Below, one piece after another: positions 1 through 11,208 of a stretch of DNA of 64,000 nucleotides. The stretch's first letter is position 1. Each line of letters starts with the position of its first letter. The notes beneath the pieces were generated by a model, which was given only the letters and a program-made list of their open reading frames with translations, was not told the origin of the DNA and ran no database searches. This DNA comes from Phallusia mammillata (taxonomy: Eukaryota). Location: assembly GCA_965637545.1 (NCBI GenBank), contig OZ281498.1, positions 13,144,001 through 13,208,000 of the forward strand, read 5' to 3'. The position numbers were made by a program, and so were the translations under genes.

Positions 1-81
1 TTATTAAGGTTACAGCTAGCATTCACAAACAGATCCATTTCAAACAGCTAGGTGTGGAAATGTGTGACGAGCAAAAAATAC

Positions 82-1199
82 CGTAACTCTCCGTATTCTC
101 CCCTCTCTTCGGTAATGTGTTCGATTAGCATGCAAAACTCGCTAAAGTCAAAGGTTGAATCTCCATCAACGTCCATTAATTGTGTAACTTCTTCTATTTC
201 CTGAAGTGTAGGATTGTAGCCAAGAGCTCGCAAAGCCACATCCAAATCTCTGCCAAGAAAACAATCGATATCAATTCAGTCGAGCCGCAAATGCGGTGCA
301 CTCTTTTTTAACACCAATCCCTTGTTGATACAGAGTTACTTTTTGTTTGTTGATGTATACATGGATTAACACAATTTTTACATGAGGGATTTTTCATTTT
401 TAGAATTTGACAAACCACAACTTCTTTATCCTTTAAAAGGTTTAATGTTTGAGAACAATTTTCTGCGTTGGCTTGATTAGCCAGTCATTGTGTAATTAAA
501 TAATTTCTAACAAGGATACTATAAATAATTCCCAACCCAATATCCATTGTTTTGGTATTGTCGATATCATAGAATTCAAAGATTTGTCGAAATTCGTCAA
601 CATCTTCGCTTGAAAAACCCGAAATTCTTTTTGCGTCGTATTGTTCTTGTCGTTGTCTGACTCCATGATGAACTGATCTACCCGTCGGTCGCTTTGCACT
701 CCCCAGTGGGGTCTTCGATCGATTGCCACGTCCAGAAACGTCTCTGCAAATAATATGGCACACCTAATTAGCACTATTCCAGAACCAATGTTAATGTTAA
801 GAAAGCTTTTCCTGCATAATAGGCTACAAACTTTTTGCAAATTTTGACACAAAATATTGTAACACCGCGTGTACATTCGCATATTTGCAGAAAAAGTTTA
901 TTGCGCTAATTTGGGAAAGAACAGGATACGGCCGTTTAAACAAATGTTAAGTGATTATATGTGTGATCAGATTTATCCTTCCACAAAGTGCAACAACATT
1001 TAAACATCATGCTATTTTGTTTGTTTGACAATATTAGCTTATAAGCATTGGTTTTCCTTAAATTTCTGCTGGGTTCGGGAAACAAGTTAATTTACTTTCG
1101 ACATGAAATGATTATTTTCCTGTTTTTTGTAACATACCCTGTCATCCAGCCCATAAAATCTATTAACTTGATATTCTGCCCACGAGATCTGTGCGTCAT
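82..1199 (-). CDS. Calmodulin/centrin-like EF-hand protein with an N-terminal extension (3' part runs off the window start)
   Basis: Three GT-AG exons join in frame: 1199-1138 (ATG, MTHRSRGQNIKLIDFMGWMT), 743-537 and 249-82. The translation includes FSSEDVDEFRQIFEFYDIDNTKTMDIGDLDVALRALGYNPTLQEIEEVTQLMDVDGDSTFDFSEFCML, which parallels calmodulin EF-hands 1-2 (cf. ELGTVMRSLGQNPT). An in-frame TGA lies just upstream of the ATG. The first coding exon is less certain than the two EF-hand exons. Confidence 0.88.
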
Positions 1200-3527
1200 A
1201 ATGGTTCAATGTGCTACTACAGGAAAAACTGAATGCAAAACTTAAAGCAATACACAATATACAACACCTTCGCCAACTTTTCTTCGGGACTAACAAAACC
1301 AATACTAACACATTTACGGCACAGCCAACTAGTCGAACTGCTGCAGTAGCAGAGCTGCAACAATCACGCCGCTCTCTTGTGGCTAATCAAACTCATAGTT
1401 TGAAAATCTTATGATGGGAGAATTCGATCGGCTATACCAACGATTCGATTTTTGACCACCATCACAGTCATAAAGTGGCCCAATAAATAGATTATTATTA
1501 CTTTTGAAAATATTAATATTTCTGCTTACACTAGCATCGATTGACATTTACTAAGGTACGTCTTTCTATAATTGTTATGGAACGTTAAGCTATCCCTCAA
1601 ACGCCCGTCTGCAAAATAGATTTTTTTCCACCTATAGGTAATTTCCAAAAACAATCTTAATCTCGCAAGGATCTAACTTGGTTCCAACAATAGTGATTCG
1701 ACCATCTTCATTATGACGTCACGCTAATACATTTGTATTTCTACCAAACTGTGGTGTTATTAACGTTACATTCTAATCTCAGTTCTGTGGGTTTTAGGAT
1801 TGCTTTGGTCTTCGTTATCATCCTGACGTTTGTCTTGAGTGGACAAACGACAGTGCTCTAAAAATATTGCAGCTGATACGATTTTAGTATTTGCTCAGGT
1901 TAGAACTGTTTGGTACTTTTTTATAATAGTCAAAATACACGGTTTACGCTTGCAAATCGTGTTCGTAAAAGATTCGGTTTCAGCCTAATCGCAACAATGG
2001 ATTTAGATCGAATGCGAATCGTGGTAAAAATAGCTAATTAAATTCGGTAAACGGATTATTCGATACATCAATAGTTCTTACACAAGACCACTGCAACAGG
2101 AAAACAGATTTTACACCCTCAGTTACTTTAAGTTTAACACCTTCCTTTTTATTAGCGCTAGAGAGCACTGAAGTATACTTCTCCTTGAAGGAAATGATTT
2201 TGAATTATTTTAATATTGTTAAATTAACATGAACTTTATACAGTAATTTTTTCACCTTGCAATATAACAAAAAGATTTATCTTCAATGTTATAAACATTT
2301 ATACATAATTTTTGCTCTTTTTCTTGTCCGTTACACTGTTCCTTAATTAGTACTTACGTAGAATTTAAGTGAAGTTTTCCAGCAATTTTGGACATTTTTA
2401 AATGAAGAAAAATGCCTTTACAGCAGAATATGTTTTTTGTTACCAATAATAATTTGAATCGTGCTTCTAACAAAGGGAAGACGTTTTTTCTTAACCTACT
2501 GTAGGCTTATCAAAACCCAAAATTGTTAGGAACCTTATTTTCGGAACTTATGCTCGCAGCGAAGTCAACCCTTCGATTTGGGAAGCGTGTTACAGTCAAA
2601 TAATTACGATGCGTTTACTGGCGTTTTACTAAACATATGATAACAATAAACAACCACTCACATCTGTAAACTGAAAATTTCAGAACATTTTTGTCACGAT
2701 CTTTGCTAAACTTTTAGAGCCCTTTTTCAAAGTTTTTAAATATACTTAATCTATTCTCATCACGTACTTGCACACATTTGTTTAACTTTTGCGTACTGAC
2801 CACCTAAATTGTTTGATTTTGCAAACTAACTAATAAATGTGGTTGTACTCATCTGAGCACCTAATTAAATGTGCATGTCACTGTATTGATCATACTATTT
2901 AAATCGATGTTTCTTGATGTGTGAGTTGAGTATGAACAAAATCGTCTTTCGTCTTCAGCGCAAGATATTTTTGCTGTAACGATCAATAGCAAGACAAAAA
3001 AGCAAAAGTAACCATCTTTGCTAATACGAGTGAAATGTTACTTTAATTTGACTGCTTTAAAGTTGTTAACTGCTTTAGTCAAAGGCATCATTTTGCTTGT
3101 TTTGCTGAATCTGAATATCCCACGTCTTAAAAGCTAATTGCTTTCTCTAATTGCCAGTGACAGTCAATTTACCGACCGCTCAAGTACTGCTTAAATGTAT
3201 TTGTACATTATAATACTTTTTTACTACTGCACTTGAGGTATTAAACGTCTGTATTATGTGCTTTCCTGGACACCGACAATTCCTCGTCTACATATGTCAT
3301 GTACCAAAAAGTATAATAGCTGAAAATTCGTTCTCATTAAAAATTGATAAGAAGACGGTACCGAATTCATTGAATAAATTAATTATGCTTTATTTACAGA
3401 AGTATAGGGCATAACATTTCTGACAAGGAATACAAAAAGGTCGATCAAAGAACGCTATTTAGCAGCGAAAAGCAACCCAAGGTTTCGTCGACCTTCCTCT
3501 GGGCAGAATAGATTATTTCTTACTGAT

Positions 3528-5267
3528 TTGACCCATCTAAATGTACATCCAATAGTTCACCTGGCAGATGCACAAACACCTCTAACAAATTCAACAGATA
3601 TAGCTAATAAATTTAATTCATACTTTTCAAATGTTGGCAAAGATATGGCATCAAAGATCATACCTACCACAACCTCGCCATTTAGCTATCTTACAAACTC
3701 CAATAAAAGTTTATTTGTTTTCTTTGACATTGAAGATAATGAGGTGTTCAACACCATTATTAGCCTCAATGCAAAAAAGGCACCAGGACCATATGACTTA
3801 CCTCCGAAAATGGTTAAACTGGCTGCCCCCGCTCTCACACCATTGCTGTGTAGACTGTTCAATGAGTGCGTTGCGTCTAGCACCTATCCCAACTGCCTGA
3901 AATTAGCAAAAGTTATTCCTCTCTTGAAGGGTGGAAATGCTGATGATGTATGCAACTATAGGCCAATCTCCTTACTATCTGTAGTTTCAAAAATATTTGA
4001 AAAAATTTTGTACAACAGGATGATATCATATTTAGACAAATACAACATACTCACGAAATTTCAAAATGGTTTTCGCACACTGCATTCCACAAACTTGACC
4101 ATTACTGAAATCCATGAATCAATTGTTACAGCCCTTGACAATCATTTTCATATATGTACAATTTTCCTTGACCTCGCAAAAGCTTTTGACACAATTGATC
4201 ACACCATCCTCCTTCAAAAACTAGAATTTTATGGATTTCGGGGCAGCACACTTGAATTTTTCAAAAGTTACCTGGCTGATAGAAAACAATACACTTCAAT
4301 TTCAAACCATTCCTCACACAGCAATGACATTACTTGTGGCGTCCCGCAAGGCTCTGTCCTGGGGCCACTGCTTTTCCTCATTTACATCAATGATTTGCCC
4401 AACTCATCGTCCGTTCAGTCAAGACTGTTCGCTGATGATACCTGTCTCTGGATGAAGCATAAAAACTTTAATGAGTTACAAAAATCTGTCAACATTGAAA
4501 TGATCAAAGTTGATATATGGATGCGGACAAACAAACTTTCACTTAATTACGGGAAAACAAAGTACATGATTTTTTCAAACAGCATCTCACACCTCACAAA
4601 AGGACAAGCATTCCAGTTACAAGTCAATGGTCAGATAATAGATGAAACCACAACAATCAAGTATCTCGGAATAATTATAGACAATAAACTATCCTGGCAT
4701 AGCCATATCAAATACATTTGTGCCAAATTAGCAAAAGCCATTGGAATAATAGGAAAATTGCGTTACTACGTCCCAAAGAACATCTTAAAAACAGTGTACC
4801 ATTCTTTAGTTCATCCAATTTTATTGTATGGCCTTCTTTCCTGGGGGTTTGCAAATAAGACGCATCTGCAGCCAATAGTAATTCTTCAAAACCGGGTGTT
4901 AAAATATATTACAAACAGTCCTTTTCGTACATCAACCGATAAACTATACAAACAAACAAACATTCTAAAGATACGTGAAATGCACCAGTTAGAATTAATT
5001 AAGTTCGTTTCCTTGTTTAAAAACAATTTGTTACCTGCAACATTTAATGGTTATTTTCAACAAACGTCAAACGTACATGACCATGAAACAAGGCGCTCTA
5101 ACAGAATGCAGTACCACTTTCCACGTGTGTTATCAACACGTGCCCAACAAACGCTAAAATACGCGTGCATTAAGGCTTGGGACCATATACCTGATCATAT
5201 AAAACAACTCAGCCTGCCACAATTTAAGCGTGCTGTCAAAACGTTCCTTCTGCAAGAATACACATAA
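3528..5267 (+). CDS. 5'-truncated LINE ORF2 (reverse transcriptase plus C-terminal domain), CR1/L2/Crack group
   Basis: Uninterrupted 579-aa ORF with RT motifs NYRPISLL, QNGFRTLHST, FLDLAKAFDT, GVPQGSVLGPLLFLIYINDLP, FADDT and KYLGIIID. The C-terminus has HDHETRRS...IKAWDHIP...FKRAVK. No APE endonuclease domain upstream, so the copy is truncated; the ORF-track start codon is not a real start. Confidence 0.95.
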   Translation: MTHLNVHPIVHLADAQTPLTNSTDIANKFNSYFSNVGKDMASKIIPTTTSPFSYLTNSNKSLFVFFDIEDNEVFNTIISLNAKKAPGPYDLPPKMVKLAAPALTPLLCRLFNECVASSTYPNCLKLAKVIPLLKGGNADDVCNYRPISLLSVVSKIFEKILYNRMISYLDKYNILTKFQNGFRTLHSTNLTITEIHESIVTALDNHFHICTIFLDLAKAFDTIDHTILLQKLEFYGFRGSTLEFFKSYLADRKQYTSISNHSSHSNDITCGVPQGSVLGPLLFLIYINDLPNSSSVQSRLFADDTCLWMKHKNFNELQKSVNIEMIKVDIWMRTNKLSLNYGKTKYMIFSNSISHLTKGQAFQLQVNGQIIDETTTIKYLGIIIDNKLSWHSHIKYICAKLAKAIGIIGKLRYYVPKNILKTVYHSLVHPILLYGLLSWGFANKTHLQPIVILQNRVLKYITNSPFRTSTDKLYKQTNILKIREMHQLELIKFVSLFKNNLLPATFNGYFQQTSNVHDHETRRSNRMQYHFPRVLSTRAQQTLKYACIKAWDHIPDHIKQLSLPQFKRAVKTFLLQEYT

Positions 5268-6482
5268 AGTTCATACCCTGTCTTGTTTTTGTTTGTTGTC
5301 ATAGTACCACGTGCTGCTTTGTAAACATTCCCCTCTAGATCAACTCGGCAATCGTTTGCCAACATGAGCGTCAATTGCCTCAGTGACTGAAAACTTTGCC
5401 TAAAGCGTGTTATTTGGTGTTATTGCTATTCTTATTATTTTCACAACGTTTCATCATAAATATCTGTTAGCATTTGTTTCGTAAAATAATGTAATGATTC
5501 TTTCATAACAAATTTCTTCACCTGTCTTTGTTTATTTATTTACTTACAATAATAAAATAAGCATCTTCACTTTCAAATGTACATGTATACTTGTCTACGT
5601 TCACGTTTTGTTTTTGTTGTCGCAGTACCACGTGCTTCTTTGCAAACATCCCCTCACGACCAACTCGGTAATTGATTGCCAAAATAAGCGTCGATTGCCT
5701 CAGTGAATAATTTTCCTAAAGCGTGTCATTGTTACTATTTTCACACCGTTTCATTATAAAACACTGTTTACATCTGTTTCCACCCGATCCGTCTGGAAGT
5801 CCCCGATTAAAATCGGCTGTGTTACGCAGAATAATGCGTTTCTTATCGGGCGGGATTAGAATCTTTAGAACCTGTGTTATAACACAGCCCGATTGCGGAC
5901 GGTTTTATCGGTAATGGCAGTGGAGCATTAAATTTGTTTTTTATTGGCAAATATTATTTTTGCTGTGATAATAATCGCAGGTAAATTGGGTTTTATATCA
6001 AAATGGCAGTTGATTGTAAAACAGCAAGACAAAAACAAATGCATTCTAAGCTGTGAAACGAATATGTTAAACACTAAAATGAGCCAAGAATCAAGATTGA
6101 AGTACCTGATTGGCATCAAGGTTCTGGCAATGAAGCAATGCAAAGAGACCTTTCAGTGAGAAGAATTTCAAGTTCTTACCTTTGTATGAAGCAAAGTGAG
6201 GACCAGCACACTATGTCATATGAGGGCTTGTAGATTGGATTTGAATTGAAATGATTTACAGTAAGTGGCTGCCTTGTTACTGCCTTTCTAAACTCAACTC
6301 TTTCTGTATTTCTGGCTGATGTTATTTTGAATTTTAGCACAGTTAAAACCCCCAATATTGAATATTAACTCTGTTTTATAACACTTGACTGCTTATTGGT
6401 GGCTAAACTCAAGCCTCTTTTGTTTAACCCATAATTGTCAAGTCAAATGAGCATACACTTTATCTTTATTTTTTTATTGCAG

Positions 6483-7330
6483 TTCACCATCCGGGAAAAA
6501 TGCTTAAAGCTTGAAAAAATCAACAGAAACATTCCATATCAAAAAAATTGAAGAAACTCTTTCATTGCGGAAGAATTTTGTCGACAAAAACAGCTCTCTC
6601 TTAAAGTGTCAGCAAAATCATTGATGTATACGACCTGTTACTTGCCTCACAGGAGAAAATTGTATGTCGAGATATGCACCACATACTTTAGTTTTACATG
6701 AATCAAATCGGAATATGTGTTATTTCTTTTCCACTGTTCTACCTGCCTGCAAGTTTATTTATTAGTTCTTATACCCAAATTAAGAATTTGTATTCAAACA
6801 TTTGTAGGCGTTGATATTATTTTACCTCCATGGTGATTATGGTCTCATGTAAATTCTGAGAATGTTTTGCACTCTGATGTAGAATCGGACAGTAAACGTG
6901 ATTCATCAGACATAAATTGACAACCTCTAATTTTGACCAGTAGTCTGCATGATAGCATGTTGTAACAATTGAGTGGTTCAACCTCATCTTTCACATGATA
7001 TCCGGTTTAATTTTCTTGATAATTCAGCAAATCATTACATTTTCAGCTGTACAATATTGTTTCACCTTTTTGTTTTATTTTAGTCTGTTTACTTAAAGAT
7101 CCTTGTTTAGTATGTACTATGTACTTGTAAATGCAGGTTTTAACTGACCAATCAACCAATTGCTGTGAATGTAATTATTTATTCTCTTCCCATTTATTTC
7201 TGCTTTCATATAACTATGGGACTCAACTTGAAAATGTTGAAGTGTGGAAATTGGGTTCATAAGGTGCTTTTTCCATCAATAAAGTGTTGTCCTCACTGTG
7301 CATTTGGTGTTTCATCATTTTCATTAGTAC
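6483..7330 (+). pseudogene. Decayed spliced gene fragment in the left foldback arm (mirror copy on - strand, about 8665-9512)
   Basis: Acceptors at 6482 (ttttattgcag), 6807 (tttgtag) and 7136 (atgcag); donor GTATGT at 6662. Broken reading frames include KKIEETLSLRKNFVDK..IDVYDLLLASQEKI, ALILFYLHGDYG and IYFCFHI..VHKVLF. Stops and frameshifts are present. Confidence 0.4.
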
Positions 7331-7374
7331 AGGCTTTAACGTGTTTGAGACCACTAACGACTTGAGGTATATGT

Positions 7375-8620
7375 AAACGGTTTTTACACGCCAACTCTAA
7401 ACAACATTCAGTAAACGCATGCAAAATATCGTTANNNNNNNNNNNNNNNNNNNNNNNNNNNNNNNNNNNNNNNNNNNNNNNNNNNNNNNNNNNNNNNNNN
7501 NNNNNNNNNNNNNNNNNNNNNNNNNNNNNNNNNNNNNNNNNNNNNNNNNNNNNNNNNNNNNNNNNNNNNNNNNNNNNNNNNNNNNNNNNNNNNNNNNNNN
7601 NNNNNNNNNNNNNNNNNNNNNNNNNNNNNNNNNNCTCGAAAATGAGAGGCGTGCATCATAAGCGAACGCAGGACATGACCGCTTTAAAAATGATTTTTGC
7701 GCTGTCGAATTATGTAGCCTATAAAAGCTCCAGATTTTAAACGGTTAAAGATAAACACAAACGGTTTTCACAGATCAACTCTAAAATACATCCAGTAAAG
7801 GCATACAAAATGTCGTATGAATCTGATCATAACCTCGTAAATGAGAGGCGTGCATCATAAGCGAACGCAGGGCATGACCGCTGTAAAATGATTTTTGCGC
7901 GGTCTACCCATATAGCATGTACAGGTTCCAGATTTTAAACGGTTTGAAGTTATTATCACATTTAAACGATGTTTTGTATGCGTTTACTAGCTGTATTTTG
8001 GAGTTGACCTGTGAAAACTGTTTGTGTTTATCTTAAACCGTTTAAAATCTGGAGCTTGTATAGGCTACTTAATTCGACAGCGCAAAAATCATTTTTAAAG
8101 CGGTCATGTCCTGCGTTCGCTTATGATGCACGTCTCTCATTTACGAGGTTATGATCAGATTTAAACGATATTTTGTATGCCTTTACTGGATGTATTTTAG
8201 AGTTGACCTGTGAAAACCGTTTGTGTTTATCTTTAACCGTTTAAAATCTGAAGCTTTTATAGGCTACTTAATTCGACAGCGCAAAAATCATTTTTAAAGC
8301 GGTCATGTCCTGCGTTCGCTTATGATGCACGTCTCTCATTTACGAGGTTATGATCAGATTTAAACCATATTTTGCATGCGTTTACTGAATGTTGTTTAGA
8401 GTTGGCGTGTAAAAACCGTTTGCGTTTACCTTAAACCGTTTGTCATCTGGAGCTTTTATAGGCTACATAATTCGACAGCGCAAAAATCATTTTTAAAGCG
8501 GTTATGTCATGTATTCGCTTACGACGTACGCCTCTCATTTTCGAGGTTATGATCAGATTTTAACGATATTTTGCATGCGTTTACTGAATGTTGTTTAGAG
8601 TTGGCGTGTAAAAACCGTTT
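7375..8620. repeat. 199-bp satellite array at the foldback core, inverted about an axis near 7946-7960
   Basis: Anchor GATCAGATTT at 8153, 8352 and 8551 (period 199). About 3.3 units on the right; oppositely oriented units on the left (7375-7434, 7635-7945). Confidence 0.92.
7435..7634. other. Assembly gap (200 N) inside the satellite
   Basis: Run of N. The flanks fit a true size of 15 bp plus n x 199 bp. Confidence 0.99.
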
Positions 8621-10449
8621 ACATATACCTCAAGTCGTTAGTGGTCTCAAACACGTTAAAGCCTGTACTAATGAAAATGATGAAACACCAAATGCACAGT
8701 GAGGACAACACTTTATTGATGGAAAAAGCACCTTATGAACCCAATTTCCACACTTCAACATTTTCAAGTTGAGTCCCATAGTTATATGAAAGCAGAAATA
8801 AATGGGAAGAGAATAAATAATTACATTCACAGCAATTGGTTGATTGGTCAGTTAAAACCTGCATTTACAAGTACATAGTACATACTAAACAAGGATCTTT
8901 AAGTAAACAGACTAAAATAAAACAAAAAGGTGAAACAATATTGTACAGCTGAAAATGTAATGATTTGCTGAATTATCAAGAAAATTAAACCGGATATCAT
9001 GTGAAAGATGAGGTTGAACCACTCAATTGTTACAACATGCTATCATGCAGACTACTGGTCAAAATTAGAGGTTGTCAATTTATGTCTGATGAATCACGTT
9101 TACTGTCCGATTCTACATCAGAGTGCAAAACATTCTCAGAATTTACATGAGACCATAATCACCATGGAGGTAAAATAATATCAACGCCTACAAATGTTTG
9201 AATACAAATTCTTAATTTGGGTATAAGAACTAATAAATAAACTTGCAGGCAGGTAGAACAGTGGAAAAGAAATAACACATATTCCGATTTGATTCATGTA
9301 AAACTAAAGTATGTGGCGCATATCTCGACATACAATTTTCTCCTGTGAGGCAAGTAACAGGTCGTATACATCAATGATTTTGCTGACACTTTAAGAGAGA
9401 GCTGTTTTTGTCGACAAAATTCTTCCGCAATGAAAGAGTTTCTTCAATTTTTTTGATATGGAATGTTTCTGTTGATTTTTTCAAGCTTTAAGCATTTTTC
9501 CCGGATGGTGAACTGCAATAAAAAAAATGAAGATAAAGTGTATGCTCATTTGACTTGACAATTATGGGTTAAACAAAAGAGGCTTGAGTTTAGCCACCAA
9601 TAAGCAGTCAAGTGTTATAAAACAGAGTTAATATTCAATATTGGGGGTTTTAACTGTGCTAAAATTGAAAATAACATGAAATACAGAAAGAGTTGAGTTC
9701 AGAAAGGCAGTAACAAGGCAGCCACTTACTGTAAATCATTTCAATTCAAATCCAATCTACAAGCCCTCATATGACATAGTGTGCTGGTCCTCACTTTGCT
9801 TCATACAAAGGTAAGAACTTGAAATTCTTCTCACTGAAAGGTCTCTTTGCATTGCTTCATTGCCAGAACCTTGATGCCAATCAGGTACTTCAATCTTGAT
9901 TCTTGGCTCATTTTAGTGTTTAACATATTCATTTCACAGCTTAGAATGCATTTGTTTTTGTCTTGCTGTTTTACAATCAACTGCCATTTTGATATAAAAC
10001 CCAATTTACCTGCGATTATTATCACAGCAAAAATAATATTTGCCAATAAAAAACAAATTTAATGCTCCACTGCCATTACCGACAAAACCGTCCGCAATCG
10101 GGCTGTGTTATAACACAGGTTCTAAAGATTCTAATCCCGCCCGATAAGAAACGCATTATTCTGCGTAACACAGCCGACTTTAATCGGGGACTTCCAGACG
10201 GATCGGGTGCTGTTTCATAGAAATAATGTAATGATCTATTCATAACATATTTGTTTGCCTGTCTTTGTTTTATTATTTACTACAACACTTTCGCAACATA
10301 CATGCATGTTTATTTTTTGTTGTTGTTCAATATAGCTTATCAGTTGTCTTGCAACCCTTGAATTGTTCAGGGTCAGCTCCTGTATAACCACTTGTGGTTC
10401 AAGCTGATCCTACGTAGTGTCATCACGTAAATAAATGAATTGAATTACT

Positions 10450-10960
10450 GCAGGGAGTCGAACCGCTTGCCATGTGGATTCAGGTTTGGTCCGGGTTCAC
10501 TATTTAGTATAGTTTCGGGTTCGGTTCAGGTTCAAAATTGGGAGAATTGGTTCCGATTTAGGCAAAATCGAAGCGGGTTTGCGGTTTTTAAACCAGTTTT
10601 TATCCCATGTTGCGTATATAGTTGTGTAATTCTTCCAATTATCTACACGGCATTAGCAAAACGTAAAAGGGTTTAGTTTAGACTGTGCATTATGGGCACG
10701 GCAAGACATCTTACAACCTGTCAATTTTGACACGCCCTATATAGCTGTAGCTATCATCTCGTGTATTTTTTTAGTCCGCTGTTCTACTTTCCGAGGTGGC
10801 TATATGCTGCATTTAAAAAAATACATTGTGCATTTTACCGGTTCGGTTTCGATTTAATTTCAACGCCAAAAATATAGGGTTCAACTCCGGTTTGGGTTTT
10901 TAAGAAAGTGTAATTTACGGTTCGTAAATTTGATTAACGTAACGGTCGTTTCATTTTCCT
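10450..10960. mobile_element. Degenerate hAT-like MITE remnant with GGTTC/CGGTT subterminal-type repeats
   Basis: Starts CAGGGAGTCGAACC right after the LINE tail. Two clusters of GGTTC(G/A)/CGGTTT motifs at about 10480-10590 and 10838-10925. No TIR pair or TSD found. Confidence 0.3.
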
Positions 10961-11124
10961 AAATAGGACTCGGGGTCCAATTTGAATACAAAGTCAAAGC
11001 TAAATAAAAAAAATTAGCTAAACGGTAAAAGGTATTGTTGAATTTTTCACTGCAACATTCAGGATTTCACCGTGATTCGCATGATTACGTGCATCATGAT
11101 CTAATCGGAGTTTGTGACATTACA

Positions 11125-11208
11125 GAGACGTTTGAGACGTTATATATTGTGCGCAAAGAATTCTTTTTTTTTGAGACTTTTGAGACGTTATATATTGTGC
11201 GCAAAGAA
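11125..11208 (+). repeat. 36-bp direct duplication separated by a T-run
   Basis: GAGAC(G/T)TTTGAGACGTTATATATTGTGCGCAAAGAA at 11125-11160 and 11173-11208. Confidence 0.9.

Larger units (their letters stand above)
5781..10209. mobile_element. Foldback-type (palindromic) non-autonomous DNA transposon; Galileo/P-superfamily-like by structure
   Basis: Termini are CACCCGATCCGTCTGGAAGTCCCC and GGGGACTTCCAGACGGATCGGGTG. Arms 5781-7434 and 8561-10209 are reverse complements, with only scattered substitutions and one 6-bp indel noticed. Direct 7-bp flanks CTGTTTC lie at 5774-5780 and 10210-10216. The superfamily assignment is an inference. Confidence 0.9.
5281..10290 (+). repeat. Diverged tandem duplication (about 321-bp period) in the LINE 3'UTR; second copy split by the foldback
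   Basis: GTACCACGTGCT occurs at 5304 and 5625 with colinear similarity on both sides. Copy 1 spans about 5281-5560. Copy 2 spans about 5605-5780 and continues at 10217-10290. Confidence 0.85.
3570..10446 (+). mobile_element. Full extent of the LINE insertion, interrupted by the foldback element
   Basis: The 3'UTR sequence resumes after the foldback at 10210. It ends with a stem-loop (10369-10411), AAATAAA and (TGAAT)2 at 10436-10445, a typical CR1/L2-type tail. The 5' junction near 3570 is approximate and no TSD was seen. Confidence 0.8.

Noticed and set aside
496-882. 128-aa minus-strand ORF and TTG/GTG-started ORFs from the track
   Set aside because: These are alternative-frame or intron read-through extensions of true exons; non-ATG starts are not meaningful here.
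1408-2075. Old hAT MITE with GATTCG repeats
   Set aside because: The termini are too degenerate to pair and no TSD was found.
7419-7661. ORFs spanning the N run
   Set aside because: Artefacts of the assembly gap.
7635-8620. CRISPR-like interpretation of the 199-bp and 158-bp arrays
   Set aside because: The units repeat along their whole length with no unique spacers, there are no cas genes, and the context is eukaryotic.
5928-10062. Duplicated ORFs (5944-6159 / 9831-10046, 5928-6143 / 9847-10062, 7165-7365 / 8630-8830) as a gene pair
   Set aside because: They are mirror products of the inverted arms, with no transposase or other recognisable motif as intact ORFs.
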